From the NCBI GenBank assembly GCA_963704435.1, contig OY969902.1, forward strand, positions 652,544 to 716,543: DNA of 64,000 nt, in the 5' to 3' direction. Source of the stretch: an uncultured archaeon. Its GTDB lineage: Archaea; Micrarchaeota; Micrarchaeia; Micrarchaeales; CABMGC01. The position numbers and the translations under genes are program-made. Every line of letters begins with the position of its first letter. Position 1 is the stretch's first letter. Below the pieces are notes generated by a model. It saw nothing but the letters and a program-made list of their open reading frames with translations. It had not been told where the DNA came from and ran no database searches. Below, one piece after another: positions 8,489 to 18,064 of the stretch.

Positions 8489-9247
8489 ATGGCAAAGAAA
8501 ACAAGGAATGCAAGGACGAAGGCGAAGGTCGCCAGGGCGAGCGTCGCCTCCGGAAGCAAGAACTCCGTGATAGCGAAGCTCAAGAAGGCGAAGATAAAGG
8601 ACAGCGTGCTAGTGGACATGTCGAGCTACGCGCAGACCGAGGACTTCACGAGCTCGGCGGCATGCGCGATGATGGTGCTCAAGTACGTCAACCCCAGCTT
8701 CAAGTTCAAGAGGGAGCAGGAGTACAGCATCTGGCAGGAGGCCGTTAACGGCAGCGTCTGGTACGGCTCGAAGTACGGCCTCGCCTACGCGCTGGCGAAG
8801 CGGGGCGCCAAGGTCGGCATAATAAGCAACACCAAGGACGAGGGGTACGAGAAGAAGATGGCCGTCTACGAGAACGTCAACCTCGACACGCTGCTCGCGT
8901 CTTTCAATGAGATAAGGCAGAAGTCGGTGTCGGCAGGCGTGGAGGAGGAGCACGGCGTGGTTACGCTCGGTACCATAAAGAAGGCGCTGTCGTCCAACCA
9001 AATCCCGATAGTGCTCATAGACGCCAGGATAATAAACTCATACCTGGACTCGATGCCGCACTGGGTCGTCGTGAAGGGCTATGACAAGGACACCTTCTAT
9101 GTCGTGGACCCGTATTCCGACAGCACGATAACCCTCGGCACTGACGCGTTCAAGTCGGCGCTGGGCTTCGACAACAACTACCACATGATAGCGGTCAGTG
9201 CCCCTGCCGGAAGCGCCAGTAGGGCGAAGCCAAGGCGCGTCGGCTAG
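8489..9247 (+). CDS. Papain-like cysteine peptidase, C39-like domain, with a Lys-rich N-terminal tail
   Basis: Q...C pattern YAQTEDFTSSAACAMMVLKY and His/Asp pattern PHWVVVKGYDKDTFYVVDPY match the peptidase C39-like catalytic arrangement. No signal peptide. The ATG at 8489 is preferred over the GTG at 8480. Confidence 0.55.
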   Translation: MAKKTRNARTKAKVARASVASGSKNSVIAKLKKAKIKDSVLVDMSSYAQTEDFTSSAACAMMVLKYVNPSFKFKREQEYSIWQEAVNGSVWYGSKYGLAYALAKRGAKVGIISNTKDEGYEKKMAVYENVNLDTLLASFNEIRQKSVSAGVEEEHGVVTLGTIKKALSSNQIPIVLIDARIINSYLDSMPHWVVVKGYDKDTFYVVDPYSDSTITLGTDAFKSALGFDNNYHMIAVSAPAGSASRAKPRRVG

Positions 9248-9254
9248 AAAGCCT

Positions 9255-9539
9255 TTACGGGCGGCGCGGCATTCCTGCCTGTCCTGGGGCAGGTCCGCGC
9301 GCGAAACGCGCAACGTTCCTATTCCTGTCAAGCCGGCTATAGCAGCCGAGGCACATTACCCTGCGTCTGACGATGCCCGCCCTGACGTACGGATCCCTCT
9401 CCTGCACGTACCGCGGCGGTATTACTCTTATCCTGTCCCTTTCGATTGGACGCTCGCAGCGCATGCAGCGGTCCTCTATGCCGTACGCGTCTTCTAAGAC
9501 AGCTCCCGCTGTCGCTACTACTCTTTCGGAATCTCCCAT
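9255..9539 (-). CDS. Putative small zinc-ribbon protein
   Basis: CMRC...(33 aa)...CLGC four-Cys pattern. It lies in a GC-rich region with several competing overlapping ORFs, so support is weak. Confidence 0.3.
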   Translation of the reverse strand: MGDSERVVATAGAVLEDAYGIEDRCMRCERPIERDRIRVIPPRYVQERDPYVRAGIVRRRVMCLGCYSRLDRNRNVARFARGPAPGQAGMPRRP

Positions 9540-9686
9540 ATCCCCATCCCATCCTTCTGCGCACTATTTCCCCAGTGCCTGCTGTCCCTCCGTTATGCAT
9601 AATTTACCGCGGCCTGATATTTAATTGTTGTGTTTCATAAAACCCATGACGCTTGCTTCACGTTTGCTTGTCGTCAGTGGTTCTCT

Positions 9687-10556
9687 ATGCGCTACGTTAT
9701 TGCCGTCGGGGGTAATGCGCTCGGAAGCCCGGGTACGCTTAAAAACCTTTTCAGCGCGGTCATGGTGCTGCGGAAGAGGGGCGACGAGATAGTCATCACC
9801 CACGGGAACGGCCCGCAGGTTGGGGAGCTGGCGTCGCTCGAGAGCAAGAGCCTGGCAGTCCTCACGGCGCAGACCCAGGCGGAGATAGGGCTTGAGATGG
9901 AGAACGGCATGGCCGAACATGCTGGAAGGCGGGGCGGGATCAGGCTGGCGACAGTCCTGACGAGGGTATTGGTGAATAGGGCAGACAGGGAATTCAGGGA
10001 GCCAAGCAAGCCAATAGGCCCCTTCCTTGACAGGGCCGACGCCATGCGCCTAGCGGGAAAGGGATTCGCCGTGAAGAAGCTCTTCCACGGATACAGGAGG
10101 GTCGTGCCATCGCCGATTCCAAAGAAGATAATGGAAGAGGGACTGATACGCCAGCTGCTGGGTGACGGATATGCCGTCATAGCCGCCGGAGGCGGAGGGA
10201 TAGCGGTCACGCGCAGCAAGTCAGGCTTGTCATATTCCAATGCTGTCATAGACAAGGACCGCGCGTCATCGCTGCTCGCGACCTCGATAGGCGCGGACAG
10301 GCTGTTCATACTCACGAACGTCGATGGAGCGTTCACGGGCTACGGGGGCAAAAAGCCGCGGCTCATAAGGCGCGCAACCATCAGGGAGATGCAGGGGCTT
10401 ATCAAGAGCGGCGAGTTCGAGAAGGGAAGCATGCTCCCGAAAGTGGAGGCGTGCGTCGAGTTCGTAAAGAAGACGGGCAGGTCCGCGGCCATAGGGAACC
10501 TCAAGGATGCGGCCGGCGTAATTAATCTCGGGAAGGCGACGCTCATCGTCGAGTAG
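9687..10556 (+). CDS. arcC: Carbamate kinase family protein
   Basis: MRYVIAVGGNAL, ITHGNGPQVG, AAGGGGIAV, and the amino-acid kinase fold tail SAAIG. The internal ATG at 9687 gives the canonical N-terminus. Confidence 0.8.
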   Translation: MRYVIAVGGNALGSPGTLKNLFSAVMVLRKRGDEIVITHGNGPQVGELASLESKSLAVLTAQTQAEIGLEMENGMAEHAGRRGGIRLATVLTRVLVNRADREFREPSKPIGPFLDRADAMRLAGKGFAVKKLFHGYRRVVPSPIPKKIMEEGLIRQLLGDGYAVIAAGGGGIAVTRSKSGLSYSNAVIDKDRASSLLATSIGADRLFILTNVDGAFTGYGGKKPRLIRRATIREMQGLIKSGEFEKGSMLPKVEACVEFVKKTGRSAAIGNLKDAAGVINLGKATLIVE

Positions 10557-11643
10557 CTTGTACTGCTTTCCTGGCACTCGCTATGACGTCCCTTATTCCG
10601 GCGTCGGTCTTTATGCCGTTCGGATCGAAGTGCGTCCTGCTCGCAGCATGCCTTCGGGATAGCGTCTTTATCATTCCGTCGATGGGCACGGATCCCATGT
10701 GCAAGTGCCTCGTTATCTTCGAAACGTTGTAGAAGAGGGGCGTGTCGACCTCGTCGCGTATCCTCTCAAGCAGGCGAATCGCCTCGGGCGAGCATCCCTT
10801 GCCCGACTCCAAGGTCTTGGCGATGGCTTCCCGGTCCTGGAGGCTTCCTGTCCACAGCGGACCGAAGAGGATCATCTCCTTCCCGCAGTAGCCGCAGCAC
10901 GTCTCGGCTTTCGGAGCGACGCCCCTCGCGAACGAGAAGCTGTGGCAATTCCTGCAGTACGACCCGAGCCCCGTGCGCTTCACGGACCCCACTGCCGCAT
11001 CTGCTCCTTCCCTGAGGAACAGGAACACTCTGAAATAGTGCATGTCCGAGATGCTCAGCACGGGCTCCACCCCCAGATTGAACTGAGCGGCTTCCCGCGC
11101 GATGTAGTCCAGCAGTATCCTGACTCCGACCTCGTGGCACAGCTCGTTGTGCAGGGGCATGGATCCGTACAGCTTGAGGCACGCCTTCTCCTCCGCTCCG
11201 CACAGCGTTGCCGTGTCCGTGGCGGTCACCATCAGCAGGGTGCCGCCTTTCGACACCTTAAGCAGGTCGTAAATGCAGGGCACGGGGGTGCCGAACGGGT
11301 CGAGGTCTATTATGTCGAACGCATCCTTGCGCGTGTTCGCGAATTCCTGGATGCTCATGTTGAGCGCATCCAGCCTAAGCCCGTTCCTTTTCACGTTGGC
11401 CTTAGCGGCCCTGGCGGCGTCCTCGTTTATGTCGAGAAGCGTGGCGTCCCTTATTCCCGCCTCAAGCGCGTATCTTATTCCCCTGATCCCGGTCGCAGCC
11501 GTGCAGTCCAGGAGCCGGGCGTCCTTGTGGCTATTCGCCCTGAGGAATGCGACGGAGATGTCCCTGAGCTTGCCCATCTTTGGGTTGTAGAATACGCCCT
11601 CTGGCACGGATATGGCTGCCTTTCCCTCGTTGATCTTTCTCAT
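10543..11643 (-). CDS. trm1: tRNA (guanine26-N2)-dimethyltransferase Trm1
   Basis: EGKAAISVPEGVFYNPKM, LDCTAATGIRGIRYALE, IDLDPFGTPVP, and the Cys cluster CRNCHS...CGYCG. Confidence 0.9.
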   Translation of the reverse strand: MRKINEGKAAISVPEGVFYNPKMGKLRDISVAFLRANSHKDARLLDCTAATGIRGIRYALEAGIRDATLLDINEDAARAAKANVKRNGLRLDALNMSIQEFANTRKDAFDIIDLDPFGTPVPCIYDLLKVSKGGTLLMVTATDTATLCGAEEKACLKLYGSMPLHNELCHEVGVRILLDYIAREAAQFNLGVEPVLSISDMHYFRVFLFLREGADAAVGSVKRTGLGSYCRNCHSFSFARGVAPKAETCCGYCGKEMILFGPLWTGSLQDREAIAKTLESGKGCSPEAIRLLERIRDEVDTPLFYNVSKITRHLHMGSVPIDGMIKTLSRRHAASRTHFDPNGIKTDAGIRDVIASARKAVQATRR

Positions 11644-11658
11644 GGGCGATCTCCCAAA

Positions 11659-11889
11659 TCAGGCCTTTATCTTGAGCAGGGCGTCCAGCAGCCCGTGCGC
11701 GTACGATATGCTGGCGAAAGCCGTGTACAGGTCTCCCTTCGCCAGCCACGACCCCGCGTCCTTCGAGTAGTCGATTGCGAGCGCGAGGACCTCCTTCTCC
11801 TTCGCGCTTAGGCTGAGGGGCTTGAGCTTTTCGACACTGCCCTTGAACAGCAGTATGTCCTTTTCGATCCTAGCGGATATCTCCTGCAT
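11659..11889 (-). CDS. DUF357-like small protein
   Basis: 76 aa. YSKDAGSWLAKGDLYTAFASISYAHGLLDALL resembles the archaeal DUF357 pattern, recalled from memory. Confidence 0.45.
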   Translation of the reverse strand: MQEISARIEKDILLFKGSVEKLKPLSLSAKEKEVLALAIDYSKDAGSWLAKGDLYTAFASISYAHGLLDALLKIKA

Positions 11890-12015
11890 TCGAACCTGCC
11901 TTCTGCCTACAGATAGGAGGGCCGGTGCTTTAAATGTTGGTTATTTTCTGGCGTTCTGCGGCAGGGCACTCAAAAGCTTTATAATCCTGAGAAGGGATGG
12001 TTGTGCGGTGCCCGT

Positions 12016-12609
12016 ATGGCGAGAGAAGTGCCTTGGGACGCGCAGACAGACGCGTTCGTGTCAGACCTGAATTCAATCATATCCAAGAAGTACAGCGTGA
12101 GCTTCAGGTCCATGCTTCTTAATCCCGACGCCTACGTCAAGAAGAAGGACATCGCTGACACGGTAAAGAAGGTCAAGGCGGAAGTCGACACCTACTTCTC
12201 GCAGCTGCTCGGCAATCTCAAGGATGAGCAGGCCTCATTTGCCACCGAGCTAGAGAAGAAGACGGACCAGTACAAGAAGATGGACGCGGTCGTGTCCAAC
12301 AAGTCCTCGGTGCTGCGAATCCCCTACGTGAAGCCGCTTTTTGTCAGGAGGAATCCCGACAATGAGGAGATGATGCTTGTTGAGCAGTACGACAGCGGCA
12401 TGGATGCGCTGATCGGAAAGCTCGTCGGCGTCTCGAACTACGTGGCTGACATATCCGCGACGTACAAAGAGCACCGCCTGGGGTCGTGGCTGTTCTCCGG
12501 GACCAAGAACTACGTGCTTACGATAAACCCGCCAACCAGCCCCGTCTTCGCGATAGAGAACAGCAGCACGCTTATTAACGCGATACTCGACAGCATATCG
12601 AGCGGGTAG
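12016..12609 (+). CDS. Hypothetical protein
   Basis: About 197-aa ORF from the ATG at 12016 (the track starts at a TTG at 12001). Coiled-coil-like N-terminal half. No family recognised. Confidence 0.5.
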   Translation: MAREVPWDAQTDAFVSDLNSIISKKYSVSFRSMLLNPDAYVKKKDIADTVKKVKAEVDTYFSQLLGNLKDEQASFATELEKKTDQYKKMDAVVSNKSSVLRIPYVKPLFVRRNPDNEEMMLVEQYDSGMDALIGKLVGVSNYVADISATYKEHRLGSWLFSGTKNYVLTINPPTSPVFAIENSSTLINAILDSISSG

Positions 12610-12613
12610 CGGG

Positions 12614-13180
12614 ATGGCGAAGAAGACCGTCATAGTGATAACGGGAGTTCCTGGAACCGGGAAGACGAGGCTCGCCGCGCTGCTTAGGAAGAAGCTGAAG
12701 GACGCCGAAGTCATAAATGCGACCGAGCTGATAAACCGCGAGAGGCTCTTCTCGTCCCGCGCGCGCGACGGCTCCAAGATCGTGAGGATGGCGGGTCTGG
12801 AGCGCGCCCTATCGCGGGAGATATCCAGAAGCGACGCGCGGGTGGTGATTGCGGAAGGCCACATCCTGTGCGACGTCAGGATCAGGGGCGCGAAGGCGGT
12901 GGTCCTGAGGGAGCACCTCAGTGCGATAAAGAAAAGGCTGCTGGCCAGAGGATACGGCAAGGAGAAGGTCAAGGCGAACCTCGTATCCGAAGCGACCGAC
13001 TACTGCGGCGCGCACGCAGAGAGGAACTACGGCGAGGTCTTCGAGATGCTATCGGGATCGGGGTCGACCCTTCCGAGCATCGTGAGGCTGGCGAGGGGAG
13101 GCGCTGTCAAGAAGCAGGAGATAGACCTTCTAGAAGAACTGCGCGAGATGATCGAGAAGGACAGGGATTTCGCGATATGA
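12614..13180 (+). CDS. P-loop NTPase, adenylate-kinase/Fap7(AK6)-like
   Basis: Walker A ITGVPGTGKT at residues 9-18. Size about 188 aa. Family assignment is tentative. Confidence 0.5.
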   Translation: MAKKTVIVITGVPGTGKTRLAALLRKKLKDAEVINATELINRERLFSSRARDGSKIVRMAGLERALSREISRSDARVVIAEGHILCDVRIRGAKAVVLREHLSAIKKRLLARGYGKEKVKANLVSEATDYCGAHAERNYGEVFEMLSGSGSTLPSIVRLARGGAVKKQEIDLLEELREMIEKDRDFAI

Positions 13181-13181
13181 C

Positions 13182-14558
13182 CTATACGCCCATCCTCCCG
13201 AGCAGCTCCGAGTAGACGACCTCAGCATACTCCTTCGGTACGCCTTCGTGGACCTTTGATCCGGCGAGTCTTATGTCCTTATGCCTTTTCATGGTCTTCC
13301 CGGATGCGACCGCGCGTAGCGCCTCCTCGATGCTGGCATGCTTGTTGAGCTCTATCGCGCACATATTCTCTCCGATTACGGTCAGCCCCAGGGCTCCACT
13401 GTGCGCATCCGAGAACTCGCCCTGCGCCCTTCTCATGAAAACGCTGGGCCCCCTGAGCACCCGCGACCTGATCGACTCCTTCGGGGCGATGAACACAATC
13501 AGCCCCTTGCCCTTGTGAACTATCGGAATTGCAAAATAAACCCGGAATCCGAACTTCTCCAGGTAGGATTTAACGAACTCGGAGACCTTCCTCAGCTGCG
13601 GCCAGATTATGTCCTCGCTCTTGTCAGGCACACTGGTCTCGACCAGTAACACCTTCAGTCCGGATTTTTCCGCGAAAGCCCTTATCAGACCCGCCGCCTT
13701 GGCGGAGGCGAAACCCTTTCCGTAGAACGCCCCTAGGCTAGGCTTTTCAGTGAAGTTCCTTGCCACAATCACAAACTTCGCAAGAGATTCGGTTGATACG
13801 CCGGCGGCCACGTTCCTGTTCTTGTCAATGGGGTCTATTACTACGAACTGCGAGTTGAACTTCTTTATGAGGGCAGCATCGTTCAGCGCCGTCTTGGTCT
13901 TCGGGTATAGGATCATCGGAGGCCTGAAGTCTGCCGCGCTTTCCAGCAGTTTGATCAGAGAGCCGTAGTGGTAAATGAGCAGTTCGCACAGGTATCCCGA
14001 GAAACCGCTAATGGTAACCTCGGCGCCGTATATGCCGTGCGCGCCTAGGAGGTATTTCAGGAGCCTTACCTCGTCACGCTGCCTCTCCGAGAGGTGCTTG
14101 TTTATGAAAACTGCGTGCATCGGCGACCTGTCGACTGACGTGCCCATGTCCTCGATGTTGTCTATCTTGAAGGCCGGGACAATGTCGGCCTTGACTCCAA
14201 GGTCGTCAAGGTATACCCTCACGTACGGATGCTCGGCGTACTTTATCTCGTATCTCTCTCCCTTTCCCTTGACGATCGCCTTCGCGCAGGCCATTCCTTC
14301 CTTGGTGATTCTCTCCCTCGACCGCGTCTTGCGGAAGAGCAGGAATATGTCGATGTCCGAATCGCCCCTCAGTTGCGTGCCTCTGACAACCGAGCCCACC
14401 ACCCTCGTCTCGACCCCCTTCGGCAGGACCTTCTTCAGCCTCCCGGTGAGCAGGTTTATGTTGTGGACTGATTCCACGAGCTCCCTTGCGCTCGGCTTTA
14501 TCTCTTTTAGCACCTTCTCGAAGATGGAGTTCGCAATCCTCTCCTTGCCCTCCTGCAT
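13182..14558 (-). CDS. cca: CCA-adding enzyme (archaeal class I tRNA nucleotidyltransferase)
   Basis: GSVVRGTQLRGDSDIDIFLLF (NTase GS...DxD), YAEHPYV, SVDRSPMH, ISGFSGYLCELL. The start is set at MQEGKE (14558). The track start at 14603 would abut tRNA-Ala. Confidence 0.9.
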   Translation of the reverse strand: MQEGKERIANSIFEKVLKEIKPSARELVESVHNINLLTGRLKKVLPKGVETRVVGSVVRGTQLRGDSDIDIFLLFRKTRSRERITKEGMACAKAIVKGKGERYEIKYAEHPYVRVYLDDLGVKADIVPAFKIDNIEDMGTSVDRSPMHAVFINKHLSERQRDEVRLLKYLLGAHGIYGAEVTISGFSGYLCELLIYHYGSLIKLLESAADFRPPMILYPKTKTALNDAALIKKFNSQFVVIDPIDKNRNVAAGVSTESLAKFVIVARNFTEKPSLGAFYGKGFASAKAAGLIRAFAEKSGLKVLLVETSVPDKSEDIIWPQLRKVSEFVKSYLEKFGFRVYFAIPIVHKGKGLIVFIAPKESIRSRVLRGPSVFMRRAQGEFSDAHSGALGLTVIGENMCAIELNKHASIEEALRAVASGKTMKRHKDIRLAGSKVHEGVPKEYAEVVYSELLGRMGV

Positions 14559-14607
14559 GAAAACATATTTAATAGAAAAGGCATGTTTAATAACGTAAGG
14601 CATTGAA

Positions 14608-14679
14608 GGGCTCGTGGCGCAGCAGTAGCGCGTTCCGTTCGCAACGGAAAGGTCGCGGGTGCGAATCCCGTCGAGTCCA
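14608..14679 (+). tRNA. tRNA-Ala(CGC)
   Basis: Acceptor stem GGGCTCG/CGAGTCC with the G3:U70 wobble typical of tRNA-Ala. Anticodon arm TTCCG-TTCGCAA-CGGAA. T-arm GCGGG-TGCGAAT-CCCGT. Confidence 0.85.
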
Positions 14680-14702
14680 CTGATGCTTTCGCTGCAAGGC
14701 GG

Positions 14703-15515
14703 TCATCGCCCTTTCAGTGAGATTTTGTTGAAGGCTAGCACAGCCAGGAAGAGCGCTATGCTGACGAGCACGATCGTGCCTCCGGAGGCGAGGTTGTACC
14801 AGAACGACAGGTACAGCCCGGATATCACCGAAGCCACCGCAAGCGCGTTGGCCAGAAGAATGGTTCGCCTGAAATTTACCTTGAAGAGCATTGCGGATAT
14901 GGAAGGCACGACTATCATGCTAGTCACGAGCAGCACCCCGACTAGCTTTATAGAGACCACGATGGTGAGACCAGTCAGGAGCGTGAAGAGGAGCTCGAGC
15001 CTCTCGACGGGCATGCCGCTTATCTTTGCGAATTCCGAGTCGAACGTTATGGCGAAGAACTCCTTGAAGAGGAGGTAGATTGTCGCAATCACGAACGCGC
15101 TCAGGCACAGCGCCAGTATCACGTCCTGCGTGCTTATCCCAAGTATGGCCCCGAACAGGTAAGACTCGAGCTCGGCGGTGGCCGCGTTCGACAGGCTTAT
15201 GAGCACGATGCCGAGCGCAAGCCCCGCGGAGAACATTATGGCTATTGCAGTGTCTCCCGCGATGTGCAGCTTTCTCAGGTAGTTTATGCCGAATATGCCC
15301 GCGAATACTGCAATCATCGCGCCCCACAAGGTGTAGAACCCGAAGAGTATCCCGGCGGCTATCCCCGCGAGCGAAACGTGCCCGAGGCCATCGGATATGA
15401 GCGAGAGGCGCCTTAGCACTATGAAGACGCCCATCGTCGAGCACGTGAGCGCCACCAGTATTCCTGCTATGAACGCGCGCTGTCCGAAGGCGTATGTGAG
15501 AAGCCCTATCGTCAT
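14703..15515 (-). CDS. Zn/Mn-type ABC transporter permease (ABC-3 family)
   Basis: 270 aa and polytopic. It lies in an operon with an ATPase and a ZnuA-like binding protein. Confidence 0.85.
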   Translation of the reverse strand: MTIGLLTYAFGQRAFIAGILVALTCSTMGVFIVLRRLSLISDGLGHVSLAGIAAGILFGFYTLWGAMIAVFAGIFGINYLRKLHIAGDTAIAIMFSAGLALGIVLISLSNAATAELESYLFGAILGISTQDVILALCLSAFVIATIYLLFKEFFAITFDSEFAKISGMPVERLELLFTLLTGLTIVVSIKLVGVLLVTSMIVVPSISAMLFKVNFRRTILLANALAVASVISGLYLSFWYNLASGGTIVLVSIALFLAVLAFNKISLKGR

Positions 15516-15519
15516 TGGA

Positions 15520-16293
15520 TCATCCCCCCTGCCTCTTCAAGGTCGCTTCCAGCTGCCTCACGAGCTCCTTGGAGTGCTTGTGCGAGAAGAGCAGGTCGAG
15601 AAGCCTGCGTCCGGTGAGCTTCTTGGGCTCCCCGTCATAGAGCACCTTCCTGTTGATGTACAGCAGCCTGTCGGTGTGCGCGAGCAGCGAATACACGTCG
15701 TGGGACACGAGTATCACCGCGACGCCGTAGACCTCGTTCACGTGCTTCACGAGCACATAGAACGCCTCCTCGCCTGCGAGGTCGACCGCAGCGGTCGGCT
15801 CGTCCATCACCAGCAGCGCAGGTTCGGAGACGAGCGCGCGGGCGATGAGCGTCCTCTGCAGCTGTCCTCCCGAGAGCGAGTTCACCTGCGCATTCCTGAA
15901 CTTCCACATATTTACGTTCCGTATGGCGTCATCAATTGCGGCATTGTCCTTCTCGGAAAGCCTTCCCAATATGCCTATTTTGCTGTAGAGGCCAGTGCCG
16001 ACCACCTCCCTGACCGTCGCGGGGAAGTTGCTGTCTACGCGCTCTATGTTCTGGGGAAGGTAGCTTATCCCCTGACGCCCATCGGTCGCTTCGGGGAACT
16101 TCTTTATGCTGCCCCTTGTTGGCTTGAGGAGACCCACCATGAGTTTCAGCAATGTCGTCTTCCCGGCGCCGTTTGGGCCGGCGATTCCTATCACATCGCC
16201 TTCATTGACTTCGAACGAGACTCCCTCGAGCACGGCCCTACTCCGGTCGTAGGAGAAGGACACGTCATCGAGTTTCAGAAGTCTTTTGGCCAT
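15520..16293 (-). CDS. ABC transporter ATP-binding protein (ZnuC-like)
   Basis: Walker A GPNGAGKTT, signature LSGGQLQR, Walker B LLVMDEP. Confidence 0.9.
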   Translation of the reverse strand: MAKRLLKLDDVSFSYDRSRAVLEGVSFEVNEGDVIGIAGPNGAGKTTLLKLMVGLLKPTRGSIKKFPEATDGRQGISYLPQNIERVDSNFPATVREVVGTGLYSKIGILGRLSEKDNAAIDDAIRNVNMWKFRNAQVNSLSGGQLQRTLIARALVSEPALLVMDEPTAAVDLAGEEAFYVLVKHVNEVYGVAVILVSHDVYSLLAHTDRLLYINRKVLYDGEPKKLTGRRLLDLLFSHKHSKELVRQLEATLKRQGG

Positions 16294-16318
16294 GCGAAAT
16301 CATCGGCGGGAAAAATAC

Positions 16319-17347
16319 TTAAGACGGAGTGCAATTCAGGCCCTGCTCCAGCACGCGAAGGTTGTCGTACATGAGGGAGGTGTAGTTTGCGCCGCCGGAA
16401 ATCTGCTGCGGGGTCAGTATCTCCATGGTGTATATATTGTATATCGTCCCGTTTATCGCCTCCGCTATGTTCTGGTCGACGGTCACCGTAGGGTCCGCGG
16501 ACTCCTGGAATATCGCGTGGACGTGATCTGCAGTGGCTTCAGCTATGACTTGCGACACGTGCTGCGCGGACACCTCCGCATCGGGGCTTTCGCTCCCCAC
16601 CGGGAGCTCGGTGAGGTTATAGCTTATCGCCAGGTACCCCAGGAACGCATGCGAGTCTATCACAGTCCGGCTCCTGCATTGCGCAAGGCCTGACTTGTAA
16701 GCGGAGTTGAGAGTGTTGATCTGGGATATGAATGCATCTGCGTTCGCCGTGTAGTTCGCAGCATGGGAGGGGTCCATCCTTATCATGGTGTTCTTTATCT
16801 GTTCGACAACAGGCGGCATGAGTGCGGGGTCGAGCCAGAAATGGGGGTCATCGACGGTTATGTTCGTGTTATTGTCGAGCTGGCTCATGTTTATCGAATC
16901 TATGAGCGGGACGAGGACTATGCTCGCGTTGGTGGATTGCGCCAGCGAGACCGCCCAGTTCTCGAGCGCGGGTCCGTCATAGAAGAATACCTTTCCAGTG
17001 GAGAGATTGTAGGCATCCTGCGGCGTGGGCTCGTAATCATGGGGCTCCACTCCAGGAGCAATTATCTGCTGAATGCCAACCAAATTGCCGACGACTGGTT
17101 TGACGAGATAGTATATGGGATTGAAGGATACCACCACAGCAGAGCCTTTCGGGTTTGCCCTGCCTGCGCTAGAGGCATAGCCAAAAACCAGAAGCGCACC
17201 TATGCCTGCAATGATGATGACCAAATAAATTATCCCGGTGTTATTATTTTTATTGATATCCGTTCCTTTCACATTCACACCTTGCCTTCTATTCAAGCCT
17301 CTCAAATTAGATGCGCTCTCAATACCTATTAAAATTTGCCCTGACAT
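16319..17347 (-). CDS. Metal ABC transporter substrate-binding protein (ZnuA/TroA-like)
   Basis: N-terminal TM/signal anchor IIYLVIIIAGIGALLVF, then PGVEPHDYEPTP and DPHFWLDP motifs. The start is reset to the ATG at 17347. The track extension to 17578 overlaps the divergent GT2 gene. Confidence 0.8.
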   Translation of the reverse strand: MSGQILIGIESASNLRGLNRRQGVNVKGTDINKNNNTGIIYLVIIIAGIGALLVFGYASSAGRANPKGSAVVVSFNPIYYLVKPVVGNLVGIQQIIAPGVEPHDYEPTPQDAYNLSTGKVFFYDGPALENWAVSLAQSTNASIVLVPLIDSINMSQLDNNTNITVDDPHFWLDPALMPPVVEQIKNTMIRMDPSHAANYTANADAFISQINTLNSAYKSGLAQCRSRTVIDSHAFLGYLAISYNLTELPVGSESPDAEVSAQHVSQVIAEATADHVHAIFQESADPTVTVDQNIAEAINGTIYNIYTMEILTPQQISGGANYTSLMYDNLRVLEQGLNCTPS

Positions 17348-17365
17348 AGTTTTACGTTGTAGTCC

Positions 17366-18061
17366 ATGCCACTGACAAAAAAGCGCGTCAAAGGTAAGCA
17401 GGTATCCATAGTCATTCCGACGCTCAATGAGGAAATGAACATAGGCGAGGTGATACGTGGGGTCAAGCACCAGCTTAGCGACTACAGCTATGAGATCATA
17501 GTTGTGGACGGCCACAGCAGCGATGGGACAGTTAGGGTAGCCCGTCGCCTCGGAGCTAGGATACTGTACGATAATCATGGCAAGGGCTCTGCGCTAATAA
17601 AAGGACTGAGTAGCGCGAAAGGAAACATATTGGTATCGATGGATGCCGACCTGTCGCACGAGCCGCGGGAGCTCAGGCTTCTCATAGACGCGATAGATAT
17701 CGGCTACGACCTGTGCACCGGCTCGAGGTTCCTCATAGGTGGCGGTTCTGAGGACATACCTCCGCTGAGGGTAATCGGGAACAAGTTCTTCGTTTTCCTG
17801 GTGAACGTGATTTTCCATGCAAACTACACGGACATGTGCTACGGCTACCGCAGCTTCCGCAAGAGCGCCCTGAAGAAACTGGACCTCAAGGAGAAGGGCT
17901 TCGGCATAGAAACTGAGATTAACATAAAGGCGGTGAAGAAGGGGCTGAAGGTGATTGAGATCCCGAGCACGGAGAAGAAGAGGGCATCTGGCACAGGAAA
18001 GCTGACGACGTTCGGCGACGGATACGTGATACTCAAGACGATACTGAAGAATGCCTTCTAG
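17366..18061 (+). CDS. Family 2 glycosyltransferase (dolichyl-phosphate hexose synthase-like)
   Basis: VSIVIPTLNEE, IIVVDGHSSDGT, MDADLSHEP. Confidence 0.85.
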   Translation: MPLTKKRVKGKQVSIVIPTLNEEMNIGEVIRGVKHQLSDYSYEIIVVDGHSSDGTVRVARRLGARILYDNHGKGSALIKGLSSAKGNILVSMDADLSHEPRELRLLIDAIDIGYDLCTGSRFLIGGGSEDIPPLRVIGNKFFVFLVNVIFHANYTDMCYGYRSFRKSALKKLDLKEKGFGIETEINIKAVKKGLKVIEIPSTEKKRASGTGKLTTFGDGYVILKTILKNAF

Positions 18062-18064
18062 CGG

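Noticed and set aside
9198-9640. A cluster of five overlapping 60-100-aa ORFs on both strands.
   Set aside because: Only the CxxC...CxxC-bearing ORF 9255..9539 has any feature, and it was kept at low confidence. The others look like GC-driven open frames.
14672-14679. An apparent CCA at the end of tRNA-Ala.
   Set aside because: The CC belongs to the acceptor stem and the A is the discriminator base. It is not an encoded CCA tail.
17348-17578. The N-terminal 77-aa extension of the ZnuA-like ORF in the track.
   Set aside because: It overlaps the divergent GT2 gene start. The internal ATG at 17347 is followed directly by the signal anchor expected for a binding protein.
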